From: a candidate division FCPU426 bacterium
Lineage (GTDB): Bacteria > Oederibacteriota > Muellerivitia > Muellerivitales > Muellerivitaceae
Reading direction: 5' to 3'
Length of the DNA: 64,000 nucleotides
NCBI GenBank assembly: GCA_963847625.1
Contig: CAWKAR010000060.1
Coordinates: 101,904 to 165,903, forward strand
Notes under the pieces: model-generated
Database searches by the model: none
What the model was told of the DNA's origin: nothing
What the model saw: the letters and a program-made list of their open reading frames with translations, nothing else
Part shown: positions 1 to 9,927 of the stretch, piece after piece
How positions within the stretch are numbered: the stretch's first letter is position 1
How the letters are laid out: every line of letters starts with the position of its first letter
Translations under genes and position numbers: made by a program

Positions 1-19
1 TAAACATTTAATTAATACG

Positions 20-667
20 TTAGTGATTTTGAAATTGGCATTTGTAGGTTGGATAAACATCATGCTTGAAAGTAACCCCGGATTCAAGCGAAGTAATCCA
101 AATTTTATTCCTTATAGGTGAAGTTCCGATTATAAGAAACTGTAAAACTTCATTTGTCATTAAACCAGCAAGTACTTTTTGAATTATTATGTTGTTCCCT
201 ATTCCGAATGCTTTAGTATTTAAAGTTTTAAAACATTGAAAACAAGGACAGGATTTTTGGTAATTAGTCAAATGGTAAATGATCAAGCTGTTTTCTGTAG
301 TCCATCCCAAAAATACTGACTGAGGTTTCATTTGAGATATTTGTTTGATTTGTTCATTAAAATTTCTTTGATTTAAGAATGCGATTGCTGCTGAAAATAT
401 CGGTAAGTTATCCATTTTGTATTTAAGAACTTGAATATGAACATCCGGAAACTGTTTAATGAAGGGTAAGGGACTAAAATCTGACTCTTTATTAACGAAA
501 ATGTTTTTAATACCGGTTGCCGAAAAAGCAGTTATCGCCGCTTTGAGTGCTATTTTTTCCCCCGCGATTAAAACAAAAACATCTCTCCACTTCTTTTGCC
601 CTTCCTCGCTAATCTCAGGAATTATCAATTGCCGTGAGTAACGTTGATTCCAATTCGATTGATTCAT
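20..667 (-). CDS. ThiF/MoeB (E1-like) family protein, degenerate
   Basis: N-terminal RYSRQLIIPEISEEGQKK signature and a CPCFQC Zn motif; the GxGxxG loop is missing (IAGEKIAL). Confidence 0.7.
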   Translation of the reverse strand: MNQSNWNQRYSRQLIIPEISEEGQKKWRDVFVLIAGEKIALKAAITAFSATGIKNIFVNKESDFSPLPFIKQFPDVHIQVLKYKMDNLPIFSAAIAFLNQRNFNEQIKQISQMKPQSVFLGWTTENSLIIYHLTNYQKSCPCFQCFKTLNTKAFGIGNNIIIQKVLAGLMTNEVLQFLIIGTSPIRNKIWITSLESGVTFKHDVYPTYKCQFQNH

Positions 668-901
668 TTTTTTCTTTCCATTAATCTTAGAAAGCCATTT
701 TAAGAAAAGACTTTTGAAACGATTTTTGTGATTTCCCTTTCAAGTTTTAACCGAAATGATAAGTAAATTCACACGATTTAAAACCATTTCCTGAAATTTC
801 CAAAACTTAACTTCTCAATAATTAAATGAGGTTTCTTCCAATATATAAACAATAGAGCGCGATTAAATACTAAGATAGAAACAAATTTACGAATTTTTCA
901 T

Positions 902-1780
902 TTAATAACCCAAAAGAATTCCCGTTTCTATTGGAAGTACTATCAACGGACTATCAATTGAAGAAAAGTTAGCGAAATGTGTGCTTATGAAGTCTATTGA
1001 AATTTTTCCTTGGATAAAAAATTTTGTATCTTCTCCGGCGTTGAGCGCTATACCTACTCCCCCTTCTATAAGAAAATCCACCTCGTTTGAGTTGACAGGG
1101 ACATATAAAATATCATACGTTTCATCGAGTTGCGCAGTGTTGTCACTCCGGTATTCATTATAGGTAATACCCGGCCCTACGAAAATATAAGGGCAAAAAT
1201 TTGATTGTGTTAATCGAGTTCTTATCCACAATGCAGCACCAACCATCATGAGATTGTTATTGTGAGTCAAAGTGTTGTTTTTCGCACTGAATTGGTTTAA
1301 AGCCAAATCCAGCCAAATTGAAAATTGTTTCGAGAACTGATATCCGCTTCCAAGATCAAAGACAAAAGAAGGACTATATGCTTTTTTGGTATTCATACTA
1401 GGCGGTATTCCTAATCCAATACTAACAGTGGACATCCATTTTGACTCTCGTTTGGTTAAAACTGATTTATGGTGTTCCATGGACGGTCCCTCTGCCCATA
1501 AAATTTCAGGTGCGGATGATAAAGGTGTCATAGTCGGCGTAAAGGGGCTAGATTTTGTTCCCGATAAACCGGGTGTTGGTAGGGACCCAGTAACCATTGA
1601 CGAAAATGTCGGCAATACAGTCATTGTTTCCGTTGGAGTGGGTTTTGGTTCATACGTAGGAATAAAAAGCACATTACCTGAATGAAGGATATTTAGATTA
1701 AAGAAAAACCAGAAGCACAGAATGATCAGCGGCTTCAACAAACCAGTTGGATTTTTAAATGGTGAAATTTTATTCGTCAT
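902..1780 (-). CDS. Outer-membrane beta-barrel protein with N-terminal Pro/Thr linker
   Basis: Likely start ATG at 1780 (GGAG RBS); signal-like N-terminus, PT-rich linker, alternating beta-strands (PYIFVGPG, FLIEGGVG), C-terminal aromatic Tyr. Confidence 0.7.
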   Translation of the reverse strand: MTNKISPFKNPTGLLKPLIILCFWFFFNLNILHSGNVLFIPTYEPKPTPTETMTVLPTFSSMVTGSLPTPGLSGTKSSPFTPTMTPLSSAPEILWAEGPSMEHHKSVLTKRESKWMSTVSIGLGIPPSMNTKKAYSPSFVFDLGSGYQFSKQFSIWLDLALNQFSAKNNTLTHNNNLMMVGAALWIRTRLTQSNFCPYIFVGPGITYNEYRSDNTAQLDETYDILYVPVNSNEVDFLIEGGVGIALNAGEDTKFFIQGKISIDFISTHFANFSSIDSPLIVLPIETGILLGY

Positions 1781-3350
1781 TACTCCGCCGTAAAACTTGT
1801 CCTGGAAATCTTCCTGTGAATGCTCCCTTTTCAAAAACGGGTTGTCCATTTACGAGGACCATATTGATCCCCCTGGGCGGTTCCCATGGTGAAACAGCCG
1901 TTGCTGTGTCCCCAATGCTTTTGAAATTAAAAACAACAATGTCTCCCCAATACCCTTCACGAATCAACCCCCTTTCGCTGAGACCTAAAAGTTTAGCCGG
2001 TTCTTCTGTTAATCGATTTATGGCCTCGGAAAGCCGAATGATCCTCTTGGTCCTTACGTATGTACCTAAAAGCCGTGGGAAGGAACCTACATCCCTAGGG
2101 TGTGGTATGGATCCGGAAGAATCGGAACCGAAAAGGATATAGGGAGATTGAATTTTCTTGATAAGACCTTCTTCCGATAACCCATGGTAGCAAATTTTAA
2201 CATCGGGTCCGTTTTCAAGTAACAATGCCAATACGGTACGCTCTTCGGTTAAATTACGCTGTTTGGCCAAATCCTTGAGGGTCAACCCCAAAGCACTTTG
2301 GGAATCCTTGGCATGAACCCTGGTGATTTCTATTTTGTCTCCCCCTCCATACTCCTGCAGTCGTCTGTGGATAGAAGCTAAAACTTCATCGGTTTTGGCC
2401 TGATACAAATAGTAATCCCATCGGGTGGCTTCCTGGGGCAGGTAAAGGAACTGATAAAGCGGGATTTGTACTTCGTTTCCCCAAAAATCATAGGGATAAA
2501 CCGTTGCAAAGATGGAGTATCCTTCCCCTCGCGCATCTTCAATCAATTTTAATCCGCTTTCAGTTTGGTCCCAGTTGCTTGGCAATTTGAATAAAAGATG
2601 TTGGATCACAATGGGAATTTTATCGGCTTTGGCCACGTGTATGGCTTCCCTGATTGCTTCCAATACATTGGAACGATAGTTTCGGATATGGGTGTAATAA
2701 GCAGAATGCGGATAATGGGAAAGAACCGAAGTAAGTTGCTCCAATTCGGAGGGCTGGCACCATAAACCTGGTTCATATCCCAAACCACTGGAGATGCCAA
2801 AAGCACCGGCTTGTAGGGCTCCTTCGACGAAACTTTTCATTCGCCGCATATCAACATTTCCGGCGGGTTTTTCCCGCCGGTTACGAATAAACCAATCCCT
2901 CACGCTTCCCTGTCCAATAAGGGTTCCAACGTTTAAAAGCCCTTTGTGTTTTTCCAATTTTTTTAGGTTTTTTTGAACATCCAGGATGGAAAATCCGCAA
3001 TTACCTGCAAGCCCGGAGGTGACTCCCTCCCGGATGGCATTTTCTTGTTCTTGGAGGGTCCAAAGCAAATCATTGTGGCAGAGAATATCCACGAATCCCG
3101 GAGCGACAACCAACCCGGAAACATCAACCGAACGATCAGTTTCAGACAAACTTAAATCACCGATTTTTGATATTTTCCCATTTAATATCCCAACATCCGC
3201 TTTAAAGGGCGGCTTCCCTGAGCCATCCACGATCAAACCGTTTTTAAGGACTAGGTTGAAGTGGAGACTTTCAGCTGCAGTTGGATAAAAACAGGAAAAA
3301 AAGAATAAACTGAAACAAACTATGATGTATTTCAAAAACACCCTCTTCAT
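1770..3350 (-). CDS. N-acyl-D-amino-acid deacylase (D-aminoacylase) family amidohydrolase, probably exported
   Basis: VDGSG..ADVGI, APGFVD, GNCG, THIR, GSD, HPR..GSFPR and VLVNG motifs; hydrophobic N-terminal signal. Confidence 0.88.
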   Translation of the reverse strand: MKRVFLKYIIVCFSLFFFSCFYPTAAESLHFNLVLKNGLIVDGSGKPPFKADVGILNGKISKIGDLSLSETDRSVDVSGLVVAPGFVDILCHNDLLWTLQEQENAIREGVTSGLAGNCGFSILDVQKNLKKLEKHKGLLNVGTLIGQGSVRDWFIRNRREKPAGNVDMRRMKSFVEGALQAGAFGISSGLGYEPGLWCQPSELEQLTSVLSHYPHSAYYTHIRNYRSNVLEAIREAIHVAKADKIPIVIQHLLFKLPSNWDQTESGLKLIEDARGEGYSIFATVYPYDFWGNEVQIPLYQFLYLPQEATRWDYYLYQAKTDEVLASIHRRLQEYGGGDKIEITRVHAKDSQSALGLTLKDLAKQRNLTEERTVLALLLENGPDVKICYHGLSEEGLIKKIQSPYILFGSDSSGSIPHPRDVGSFPRLLGTYVRTKRIIRLSEAINRLTEEPAKLLGLSERGLIREGYWGDIVVFNFKSIGDTATAVSPWEPPRGINMVLVNGQPVFEKGAFTGRFPGQVLRRSNDE

Positions 3351-3424
3351 TTAATTTAGAAATTAAAAGTATAAAAAAATGTTGACTTTTAACTTCCAGA
3401 AAAGCATTTACTAATGTTTTTCTT

Positions 3425-4885
3425 TTATGCTTTTTTAAGAACCGATAAAAAACCCCCATCATGAGATCGGGTCGGCCAAAAGAGAAGACCTTCCTCGCAG
3501 GATAATATCCCAGTTTGTTCAGCAGGAACCTGTAATAACAGAGTCTTGTATTCCGGGTGATTTTTTTGGAAAGCCCGTACCACTTCCTGATTTTCCTCGT
3601 TTTCCATTGAACAAGTGCTGTAAATCAGGTTTCCCTTTGGATAAAGGTGTTCCTGGACCATATCCAGAAGTTTCAATTGATGTTGTGTCTGATCCAATAT
3701 GTCTTTTAGTTTTAACCTCCATCGCAGGTCAGCCCGTCGGGACAAAACGCCCGTACCAGTACAGGGTGCGTCCACCCAAATCAGGTCGAATTTTTGCGCT
3801 GGAGAAAGCTTTTCAGCGGGGCCCTCATGGATGACGACTTGTTTTAAGTCCACTCTTTTTAAATTTTCCGAAAGCAGCTTTAATCGGACCGAAGAGGGTT
3901 CTGTTGCTAATATTTGCCCTTTTTCGGCAACTTTCCAAGCCATGCCGATGGTCTTCCCACCTGGAGCGGCGCAGACATCCCAAACTTTGATACCGGGTGA
4001 AAGTGGGATCAACTCCAGCATAGCCTGAGGAACCCAATCCTGGATAATCCATTCCCCCTGCTGAAAACTGTTTCCCTCGAACAATCCCCCTTCATGGTCC
4101 TCCAAAATTAACGCCTGGGGTGGCCATTCAACCGAGGAAACGCTTATTTTCTTTTCCTTCAAATCGGCAATGACCTTTTCTTTGAACCCGGGTTTTGTGT
4201 GAAAATATACCAGATGAGGATGATTATCCGCCTTCAATACTTCTTCTAATTTTTCTCGGCTTAAATATTCGGCCCATTTTTTCACAAGCCACGTTGGATG
4301 GGAATATTTCAGTGCTAGAGCGTCCAAATCGCTATCGCCTTTGATGAGAAAATTTTTCTTTTTCGTTTCAGCAGTCCGCAAAACCGCGTTCACAAAACCG
4401 CTTAAGGTTGCTAGTCCCAGAACCTTGGCTAAATTGACGGATTCATGGACAGCGGCCCAGGCAGGTACTCGGTCCAGGAACATCAATTGGTATAAACCCA
4501 TTCGAAGCGAAACCTTAACTTCTACCGGAAGTTTAGAAAATGGAGACTGGCAGAGATTTCCCAGGTGGTAATCCAAAAGCCGCATCTGACGGGTGACTCC
4601 GTAAACCAGTTCCCGCATCAAGGCCGTGTCCTCCGGTTTCAGTTTGCGGGGATTTTCCAAGACATCGGAGACCTTGGCACCCTTTTCAATTTTGGAAAGA
4701 GCTTTAGCGGCCTCTAAACGGGAAGGCGAGACTTCAATTTGCATCCCTCCGTGGAATCGTTGTTTACTTTTTGGTAATTTCCCCGTTGGGCCGGAACCGT
4801 GGTGTTTCCTGATCGCAGAACTGTTTTTAGGATGTGCATATCGGCTTTTTGGCATTTCGAAAGGACGTTTAGATGGTTGGCTCAT
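3425..4885 (-). CDS. rsmB: 16S rRNA m5C967 methyltransferase RsmB
   Basis: NusB-like N-domain (FVNAVLR, YSHPTW), DVCAAPGGKT, DAPCTGTG, YSTCS; def-fmt-rsmB synteny. Confidence 0.95.
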   Translation of the reverse strand: MSQPSKRPFEMPKSRYAHPKNSSAIRKHHGSGPTGKLPKSKQRFHGGMQIEVSPSRLEAAKALSKIEKGAKVSDVLENPRKLKPEDTALMRELVYGVTRQMRLLDYHLGNLCQSPFSKLPVEVKVSLRMGLYQLMFLDRVPAWAAVHESVNLAKVLGLATLSGFVNAVLRTAETKKKNFLIKGDSDLDALALKYSHPTWLVKKWAEYLSREKLEEVLKADNHPHLVYFHTKPGFKEKVIADLKEKKISVSSVEWPPQALILEDHEGGLFEGNSFQQGEWIIQDWVPQAMLELIPLSPGIKVWDVCAAPGGKTIGMAWKVAEKGQILATEPSSVRLKLLSENLKRVDLKQVVIHEGPAEKLSPAQKFDLIWVDAPCTGTGVLSRRADLRWRLKLKDILDQTQHQLKLLDMVQEHLYPKGNLIYSTCSMENEENQEVVRAFQKNHPEYKTLLLQVPAEQTGILSCEEGLLFWPTRSHDGGFLSVLKKA

Positions 4886-5850
4886 GAAAGAATTTCGCCG
4901 GGTTTGAAATTAGGATGGCCCAGATTGAAATCATAAGCGCTCATTTTCTTTTTCCCTGGGGGCTGTATTTCCTTGATTAAAACCGACCCATTCCCGGGAA
5001 GCGCAGCCACACGAATACCATCCTTACTGACCGCGATAATCTCACCGGGTATTTTATTCCCTGAAAACTGATTCAACTCTCCCGCCGAATGGATTCTCAA
5101 GTTTAAGTCCTTCCATTGGGTTTCAGCAACCGGCCATGGAGAAAGCCCCCGGATTTTATTCACGATCTCCATCGATGATAAATCCCATCGAATGCGGCAC
5201 TGTTCCCTCTTCAGGCTGGGGGCGTAAGTAGCTCTAGAATGATCTTGGGCAATTCTAGACGCTTTGCCGTTTTTTAAAAGAACCAATGCTTCCAGTAACC
5301 CTTCAGCCCCCAAGGAGGCAAGGCGATCATGAACCTCCCCTGTCGTTTCATTTGATCCAATTTCGGTTTTCTTGATCAAAAGAATGTCGCCCTCATCCAT
5401 TTTTTCGTTCATGTACATGATGGTGACGCCGGTTTCTTTCTCCCCCGCCATGACGGCGTAATGGATAGGGGCTGCGCCCCGGTACTTTGGAAGAATCGAT
5501 CCATGGACGTTCAAACAGGCGATTCTTGGGATTTGCAGAATGGCCAACGGAAGAATCTGGCCGTAAGCGGCAACGACCGTAATGTCTGGCCCCACTGATC
5601 GAAGGGTTTCAACGGATTCGGGAAATTTAATCTTTTCAGGTTGAAATACTTTTAACCCCAAACGTTTAGCGGTTTTTTTGACAGGTGAGGCCTTTAATTC
5701 CAACCCCCTCCCCGCGGGACGATCCGGCTGGGTAACCACCAATGGGATTTCGTATCCCACCTTCTGGAGCGATTCAAGGACTGGTACCGCGAAATCGGAT
5801 GTGCCTAAAAAAAGAATTCGTAATGGTTCTTCCATATTTGACCCTGACAA
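4882..5850 (-). CDS. fmt: Methionyl-tRNA formyltransferase
   Basis: FLGTSDFA, VVTQPDRPAGRG, NVHGSILPKYRGAAPI. Confidence 0.97.
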   Translation of the reverse strand: MSGSNMEEPLRILFLGTSDFAVPVLESLQKVGYEIPLVVTQPDRPAGRGLELKASPVKKTAKRLGLKVFQPEKIKFPESVETLRSVGPDITVVAAYGQILPLAILQIPRIACLNVHGSILPKYRGAAPIHYAVMAGEKETGVTIMYMNEKMDEGDILLIKKTEIGSNETTGEVHDRLASLGAEGLLEALVLLKNGKASRIAQDHSRATYAPSLKREQCRIRWDLSSMEIVNKIRGLSPWPVAETQWKDLNLRIHSAGELNQFSGNKIPGEIIAVSKDGIRVAALPGNGSVLIKEIQPPGKKKMSAYDFNLGHPNFKPGEILS

Positions 5851-5951
5851 GAGAATGAACTTACCGGCAAAAAGATAATGACGATATTAAAACATGGAAC
5901 TTCATTTTTTTCAGGGTTGTTTATCAAGCAAGAATGAATGGAAGGGGCTAA

Positions 5952-6494
5952 TTATAAGCGTATAGCTTCGTCGTAATTTCTTTTCAATTGATCCAGCTGT
6001 TTTTTCAGAAAAAGGCGCTTAATCGCTGGAATTTTTTGGATGAAAAGCCGCCCGTTCATATGGTCGATTTCGTGGAGAACACAACGAGCCAGAAGCCCTT
6101 CAAATTCGAATTCCTGCCAGGAACCTTCTAATCCTTGACCCTTTACTTTAACTTTTAAAGCTCTTTCCACATCTTCCCTGATATCCGGAATAGAAAGGCA
6201 ACCTTCCTCGATGGTTTCAGAACCTTCCTCGGCAAGGATTTCGGGGTTAGAAAGGACAAGGGATTCACCACGTTCTTCCTGGTCAAAATGAATGTCCATC
6301 ACCATCATTCGGATGAGTTCCCCAACCTGAACTGCGGCTAAACCAATGCCGTTAGCCTGCCGCATGGTTTCCGTCATATCATCTGCCAATTTCTTTAATG
6401 CAGGTCCAAATTCTGTTACGGGTTTGCTCATGGTTTTAAGAATGGGATTGGGATATAGCACAATGGGACGATTCAATTTTGACCTCTTTTGCAT
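5952..6494 (-). CDS. def: Peptide deformylase
   Basis: GIGLAAVQ, EGCLS and HEIDH motifs. Confidence 0.97.
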   Translation of the reverse strand: MQKRSKLNRPIVLYPNPILKTMSKPVTEFGPALKKLADDMTETMRQANGIGLAAVQVGELIRMMVMDIHFDQEERGESLVLSNPEILAEEGSETIEEGCLSIPDIREDVERALKVKVKGQGLEGSWQEFEFEGLLARCVLHEIDHMNGRLFIQKIPAIKRLFLKKQLDQLKRNYDEAIRL

Positions 6495-6644
6495 TTTTCT
6501 CCCAAAAATTATAGGGATATAACAATACGAAACTCAAGGGGATTACAAAAGCAATTTTGAATTTAGACGTTAAAAGTTCTGGGTTTTTGAAAAGTTGTTA
6601 TTCATAACGGTTTTAATTCTCTACTATTCTTAGCTTTTAGGATC

Positions 6645-7310
6645 TTAAATAGGGTATGCCATAATCTTTTTCTTTAATTCAGAAGCCGCATTCCGAGGAT
6701 TATCAGCATCGAAAATAGTTCGAACCACCGCGATCCTGCGCCCTCCAACTTCCAGAACCCCCTGGATATTGGTAAGATCGATGCCGCCAATGGCAAAAAA
6801 AGGAATAGGAGGTTTCATGGCAGCCACTTGGCGAACATATTCCAGTGTTACCGCGGGACGCCCGGCTTTGGTGGGGGTGGCAAAAACCGGGCCCACTCCT
6901 ATGTAGTCGGCCCCATGGGCCAAGGCCATGCAGGCTTGGTCGGGTGCGTGTGTTGAAACCCCAACAATTTTTCCGGGCCCTAGGATTTTCCGGGCTTCCG
7001 TAACCGGCATATCCTCCTGGCCGAGATGGACACCATCCGCTTCCGAAAGCACCGCTATATCAGGCCGGTTGTTCACGATGAAGAGTGCGTTAAATTGGCG
7101 GGTAATTTCCCGGATATCACGCGCCATTTTTAGGAGCGCTGAATCCTTCAGTGAATACTCCCGCAGTTGAACGATATCCACACCCCCTTTTAAGGATGCT
7201 TCTACGATTTTTGGAGTCGGCCTGTCATCGGGTAGATTTTGCCCAGTAACCAAGTACAATCGGGTTTTTGAAAGGATATTTTTCAATTCAGGCATGCGTC
7301 TATCTTTCAC
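6645..7310 (-). CDS. thiE: Thiamine phosphate synthase
   Basis: VQLRE, DGVHLGQED, GPVFATPTK, AIGGI. Confidence 0.95.
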   Translation of the reverse strand: MKDRRMPELKNILSKTRLYLVTGQNLPDDRPTPKIVEASLKGGVDIVQLREYSLKDSALLKMARDIREITRQFNALFIVNNRPDIAVLSEADGVHLGQEDMPVTEARKILGPGKIVGVSTHAPDQACMALAHGADYIGVGPVFATPTKAGRPAVTLEYVRQVAAMKPPIPFFAIGGIDLTNIQGVLEVGGRRIAVVRTIFDADNPRNAASELKKKIMAYPI

Positions 7311-7341
7311 GAAATATTATTTTGAAACGGAAAGTGGCCGC

Positions 7342-8142
7342 CTAGAAATCTTTAGGCGCCGTGGAGGCCTGGGCGTATAACTTTTTGGGAATGCGGCCGG
7401 CGAGATAGGAAAGGCGGCCGGCTTCGCAGGCGGCTTTCATGGCAGAGGCCATCTTCAAGGGATCCTTCGCGTGGGCGATGCCAGTATTTAATAATATCGC
7501 CACCACCCCCAACTCCATGGCCTGGGTCACGTCTGAGGCGCAGCCTACACCCGCGTCGATCAATACCGGACACTTCACCTTTTCTAAAATGATTCGGATG
7601 TTGTTGGGATTCAAAACTCCTTGGCCCGAACCGATAGGCGATCCTGCAGGCATAACCGCATGGGCTCCGGCCTGCTCCAGCTTTTGGGCCATGACCGGGT
7701 CATCCGAGGTATAGGTCATCACCGTAAAGCCCTCTTTCACCAGGATTTGGGTCGCTTCTAGTGTCGCTATGGGGTCTGGAAGTAGGGTTTTTTCGTCAAA
7801 AAGCACCTCCAGTTTGACAAAATCTGAGATTCCCGAGGCCCTAGCCAAGTGGGCAACCCTTATCGCTTCTTCAACACTATAACAACCGGCGGTATTGGGC
7901 AGAAGGGTGTATTTCTTTAAATCTATAAAATCCAGCAGGTTTTTTTCGCCCTTTTTATCCAACGGTATCCTGCGCAAGGCCACGGTGACGATTTGGGTGC
8001 CGGATGCTTCCAGGCATTGGCCCATCAGCTCATGAGTGGTGTACTTCCCGGTTCCGATTAAAAGCCGTGAAGTAAAATTTTTACCGTTGATTTTCCACGA
8101 ATCGCGTTCTTGAACCAGTTCCATGATTCCAAACCTTTTCAT
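7342..8142 (-). CDS. thiG: Thiazole synthase
   Basis: [33 protein letters not shown]. Confidence 0.97.
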   Translation of the reverse strand: MKRFGIMELVQERDSWKINGKNFTSRLLIGTGKYTTHELMGQCLEASGTQIVTVALRRIPLDKKGEKNLLDFIDLKKYTLLPNTAGCYSVEEAIRVAHLARASGISDFVKLEVLFDEKTLLPDPIATLEATQILVKEGFTVMTYTSDDPVMAQKLEQAGAHAVMPAGSPIGSGQGVLNPNNIRIILEKVKCPVLIDAGVGCASDVTQAMELGVVAILLNTGIAHAKDPLKMASAMKAACEAGRLSYLAGRIPKKLYAQASTAPKDF

Positions 8143-8190
8143 TATGATTTGTGTTTAAGTTAATGAATTTGTGAAGTAAAGGCTCCAGAC

Positions 8191-8412
8191 TCATCCACCC
8201 CCAACAAATTGTATCAATTCAACCCGATCGCCCTCTCCCAGGGTCAAAGAAGATCTTTCTTTCGGATGGATGACCTGGCGGTTGACTTCCGCCACCAGGG
8301 CCTCTTTTTTGATCCCCAATCGGTTTATCAATTCCTCTAATGTTAGGATTTCAGTAAATTCAAGGTTTTCACCGTTCACGAAAAGTTTCAAGAAATTCCT
8401 CACAGTTCCCAA
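8191..8412 (-). CDS. thiS: Sulfur carrier protein ThiS
   Basis: VNGE...GDRVELIQFVGGG C-terminal diglycine; directly upstream of thiG. Confidence 0.95.
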   Translation of the reverse strand: MGTVRNFLKLFVNGENLEFTEILTLEELINRLGIKKEALVAEVNRQVIHPKERSSLTLGEGDRVELIQFVGGG

Positions 8413-8484
8413 TGTTGTTATTCATCCCGGAAAGTTTTATGCCGGCTAGTTTTATATTTATCATGGGTAAAAAACAGAGAATTT

Positions 8485-8898
8485 TCAAGGCCGGCTTTTG
8501 AACGAATGAAGAGTTTCATGAAGCAGTTTTTCCAGTTCCTTTTCCTCGGCGGTGATTGGCAGGTTCAACAAGCGGTTTATTGCGAGCCGCATAAGAGGAC
8601 TTCTCCTCAACTGTTTATTATGGGATAACAATTTTTCAAGGATTTTCAGTTGATGAAAAGTCAGCCGAACGGATTTTGTTTTCCCTTCAAACGGATGCTG
8701 ATGTGGAAAAACCGGGACCTGGCGTGAAGGGCCCTTCAAAGCACTCGAATCTTCAATTTTTTGTACGGGATATGTTTTTTCCGGAAACGAGATTTTGATT
8801 TGAGGATCAGTGGGCGCAGGCTGATTTTGGCCTCGCAAGGCTTCTAGTCTTTTAATTTGTTTTTCGGCTAATGTGAGTGGCTTTTCGGGTTCGTTCAA
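8485..8898 (-). CDS. Hypothetical protein with a C-terminal ribbon-helix-helix-like motif
   Basis: KSVRLT...LEKL...RSPLMRLAINRLL fits the CopG/Arc RHH pattern; TTG start with AGGA RBS. Confidence 0.6.
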   Translation of the reverse strand: MNEPEKPLTLAEKQIKRLEALRGQNQPAPTDPQIKISFPEKTYPVQKIEDSSALKGPSRQVPVFPHQHPFEGKTKSVRLTFHQLKILEKLLSHNKQLRRSPLMRLAINRLLNLPITAEEKELEKLLHETLHSFKSRP

Positions 8899-8982
8899 GG
8901 TGTATTCCTGTTAAATTTATTATTTAAATCTAAAGGTATTCTTTCCGGGAATGCGTCCCATCATTTTAGTCAATAATCGGTT

Positions 8983-9927
8983 TCATTTTCCTAAACTTTC
9001 ATATCTCCGGCTGAAAACAATCCCCTGATCGGTTGTCACAAATGGCCATTTTCTCTCGAGCCACGGTCCGACGAAATAACAACATAAACCTACCCCCAAA
9101 CCCGCTACGACATCAACGAAATAATGGTACCGGCCATAAATGGTCCCGATGAACAGGGCGAAAATCATAAAAAAAACAAAATAACGCCATTTTTTTAAAT
9201 ACGGAAAGGCCATAAAACAGATGATCGACGCCGCGATATGGGAACTGGGAAAGGAACCGCCGGGAAACGCGTTGTTTTCCATGGTCATCTGCAGCCAGTC
9301 TGAAACCCAATAACCTTTAAGGGAGTCCCGCAGTCCCGGCATAAAAAATCGGGGGCTTTCGGCTGGGAAAAAGACGAATAAAAAATAGTGGAAAAAATAT
9401 GTGAAACAAAGCGAGAACATGAAAGAACGAAAGACCGGCTTGGGGGCTTTAAGATAGATCACGAGTGTTGAAAGGGGCAGTAAAATGAAATAGAAACTGT
9501 AGCCAACACTGAAGAATTCGTTGATCAGTTGATTAGGAGTATAAAATTGTTGAAAGTTCCAAATCGAGGTTCCAATCCGTCCGAGTTCGTAGTCCACGCT
9601 TACAAGCCATTCATCCAGTGTCCAATCGAAAAACAGGTGAATCAAATAACCCATTTCCCTGTAAAAATAGATGATGATCACCAATGGATAAACCTGCCGG
9701 AGGAAACCGAAAATCAGCCCTGTGCTGTTCCGGAACAACCAAAGAACCGCGACGAGACAGAGGGAAAAAATAAAATGACAGCTTAATAAGCGCCATTTCA
9801 GTTCAAGGGAAATGTTGCCCGCGACAATCAAGGTTGAAAGAAGAAATTGGTAAATAAGAATCAGGGAATCAACTGAATTGATCCAAGGCTCTTCATGCCG
9901 CCCGGAATAAAACGAGTTTCGGTTCAT
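8983..9927 (-). CDS. PAP2 superfamily (AUR1/PAP2_3-like) membrane phosphoesterase/phosphotransferase
   Basis: Multiple TM helices; PAESPRF, FPSSH and RYHYFVDVVAG motifs; likely start 9927 in an ATGA overlap with the upstream stop. Confidence 0.88.
   Translation of the reverse strand: MNRNSFYSGRHEEPWINSVDSLILIYQFLLSTLIVAGNISLELKWRLLSCHFIFSLCLVAVLWLFRNSTGLIFGFLRQVYPLVIIIYFYREMGYLIHLFFDWTLDEWLVSVDYELGRIGTSIWNFQQFYTPNQLINEFFSVGYSFYFILLPLSTLVIYLKAPKPVFRSFMFSLCFTYFFHYFLFVFFPAESPRFFMPGLRDSLKGYWVSDWLQMTMENNAFPGGSFPSSHIAASIICFMAFPYLKKWRYFVFFMIFALFIGTIYGRYHYFVDVVAGLGVGLCCYFVGPWLERKWPFVTTDQGIVFSRRYESLGK

Noticed and set aside
8413..8484. TPP riboswitch before thiS
   Set aside because: No CUGAGA or ACCUG core and too little space
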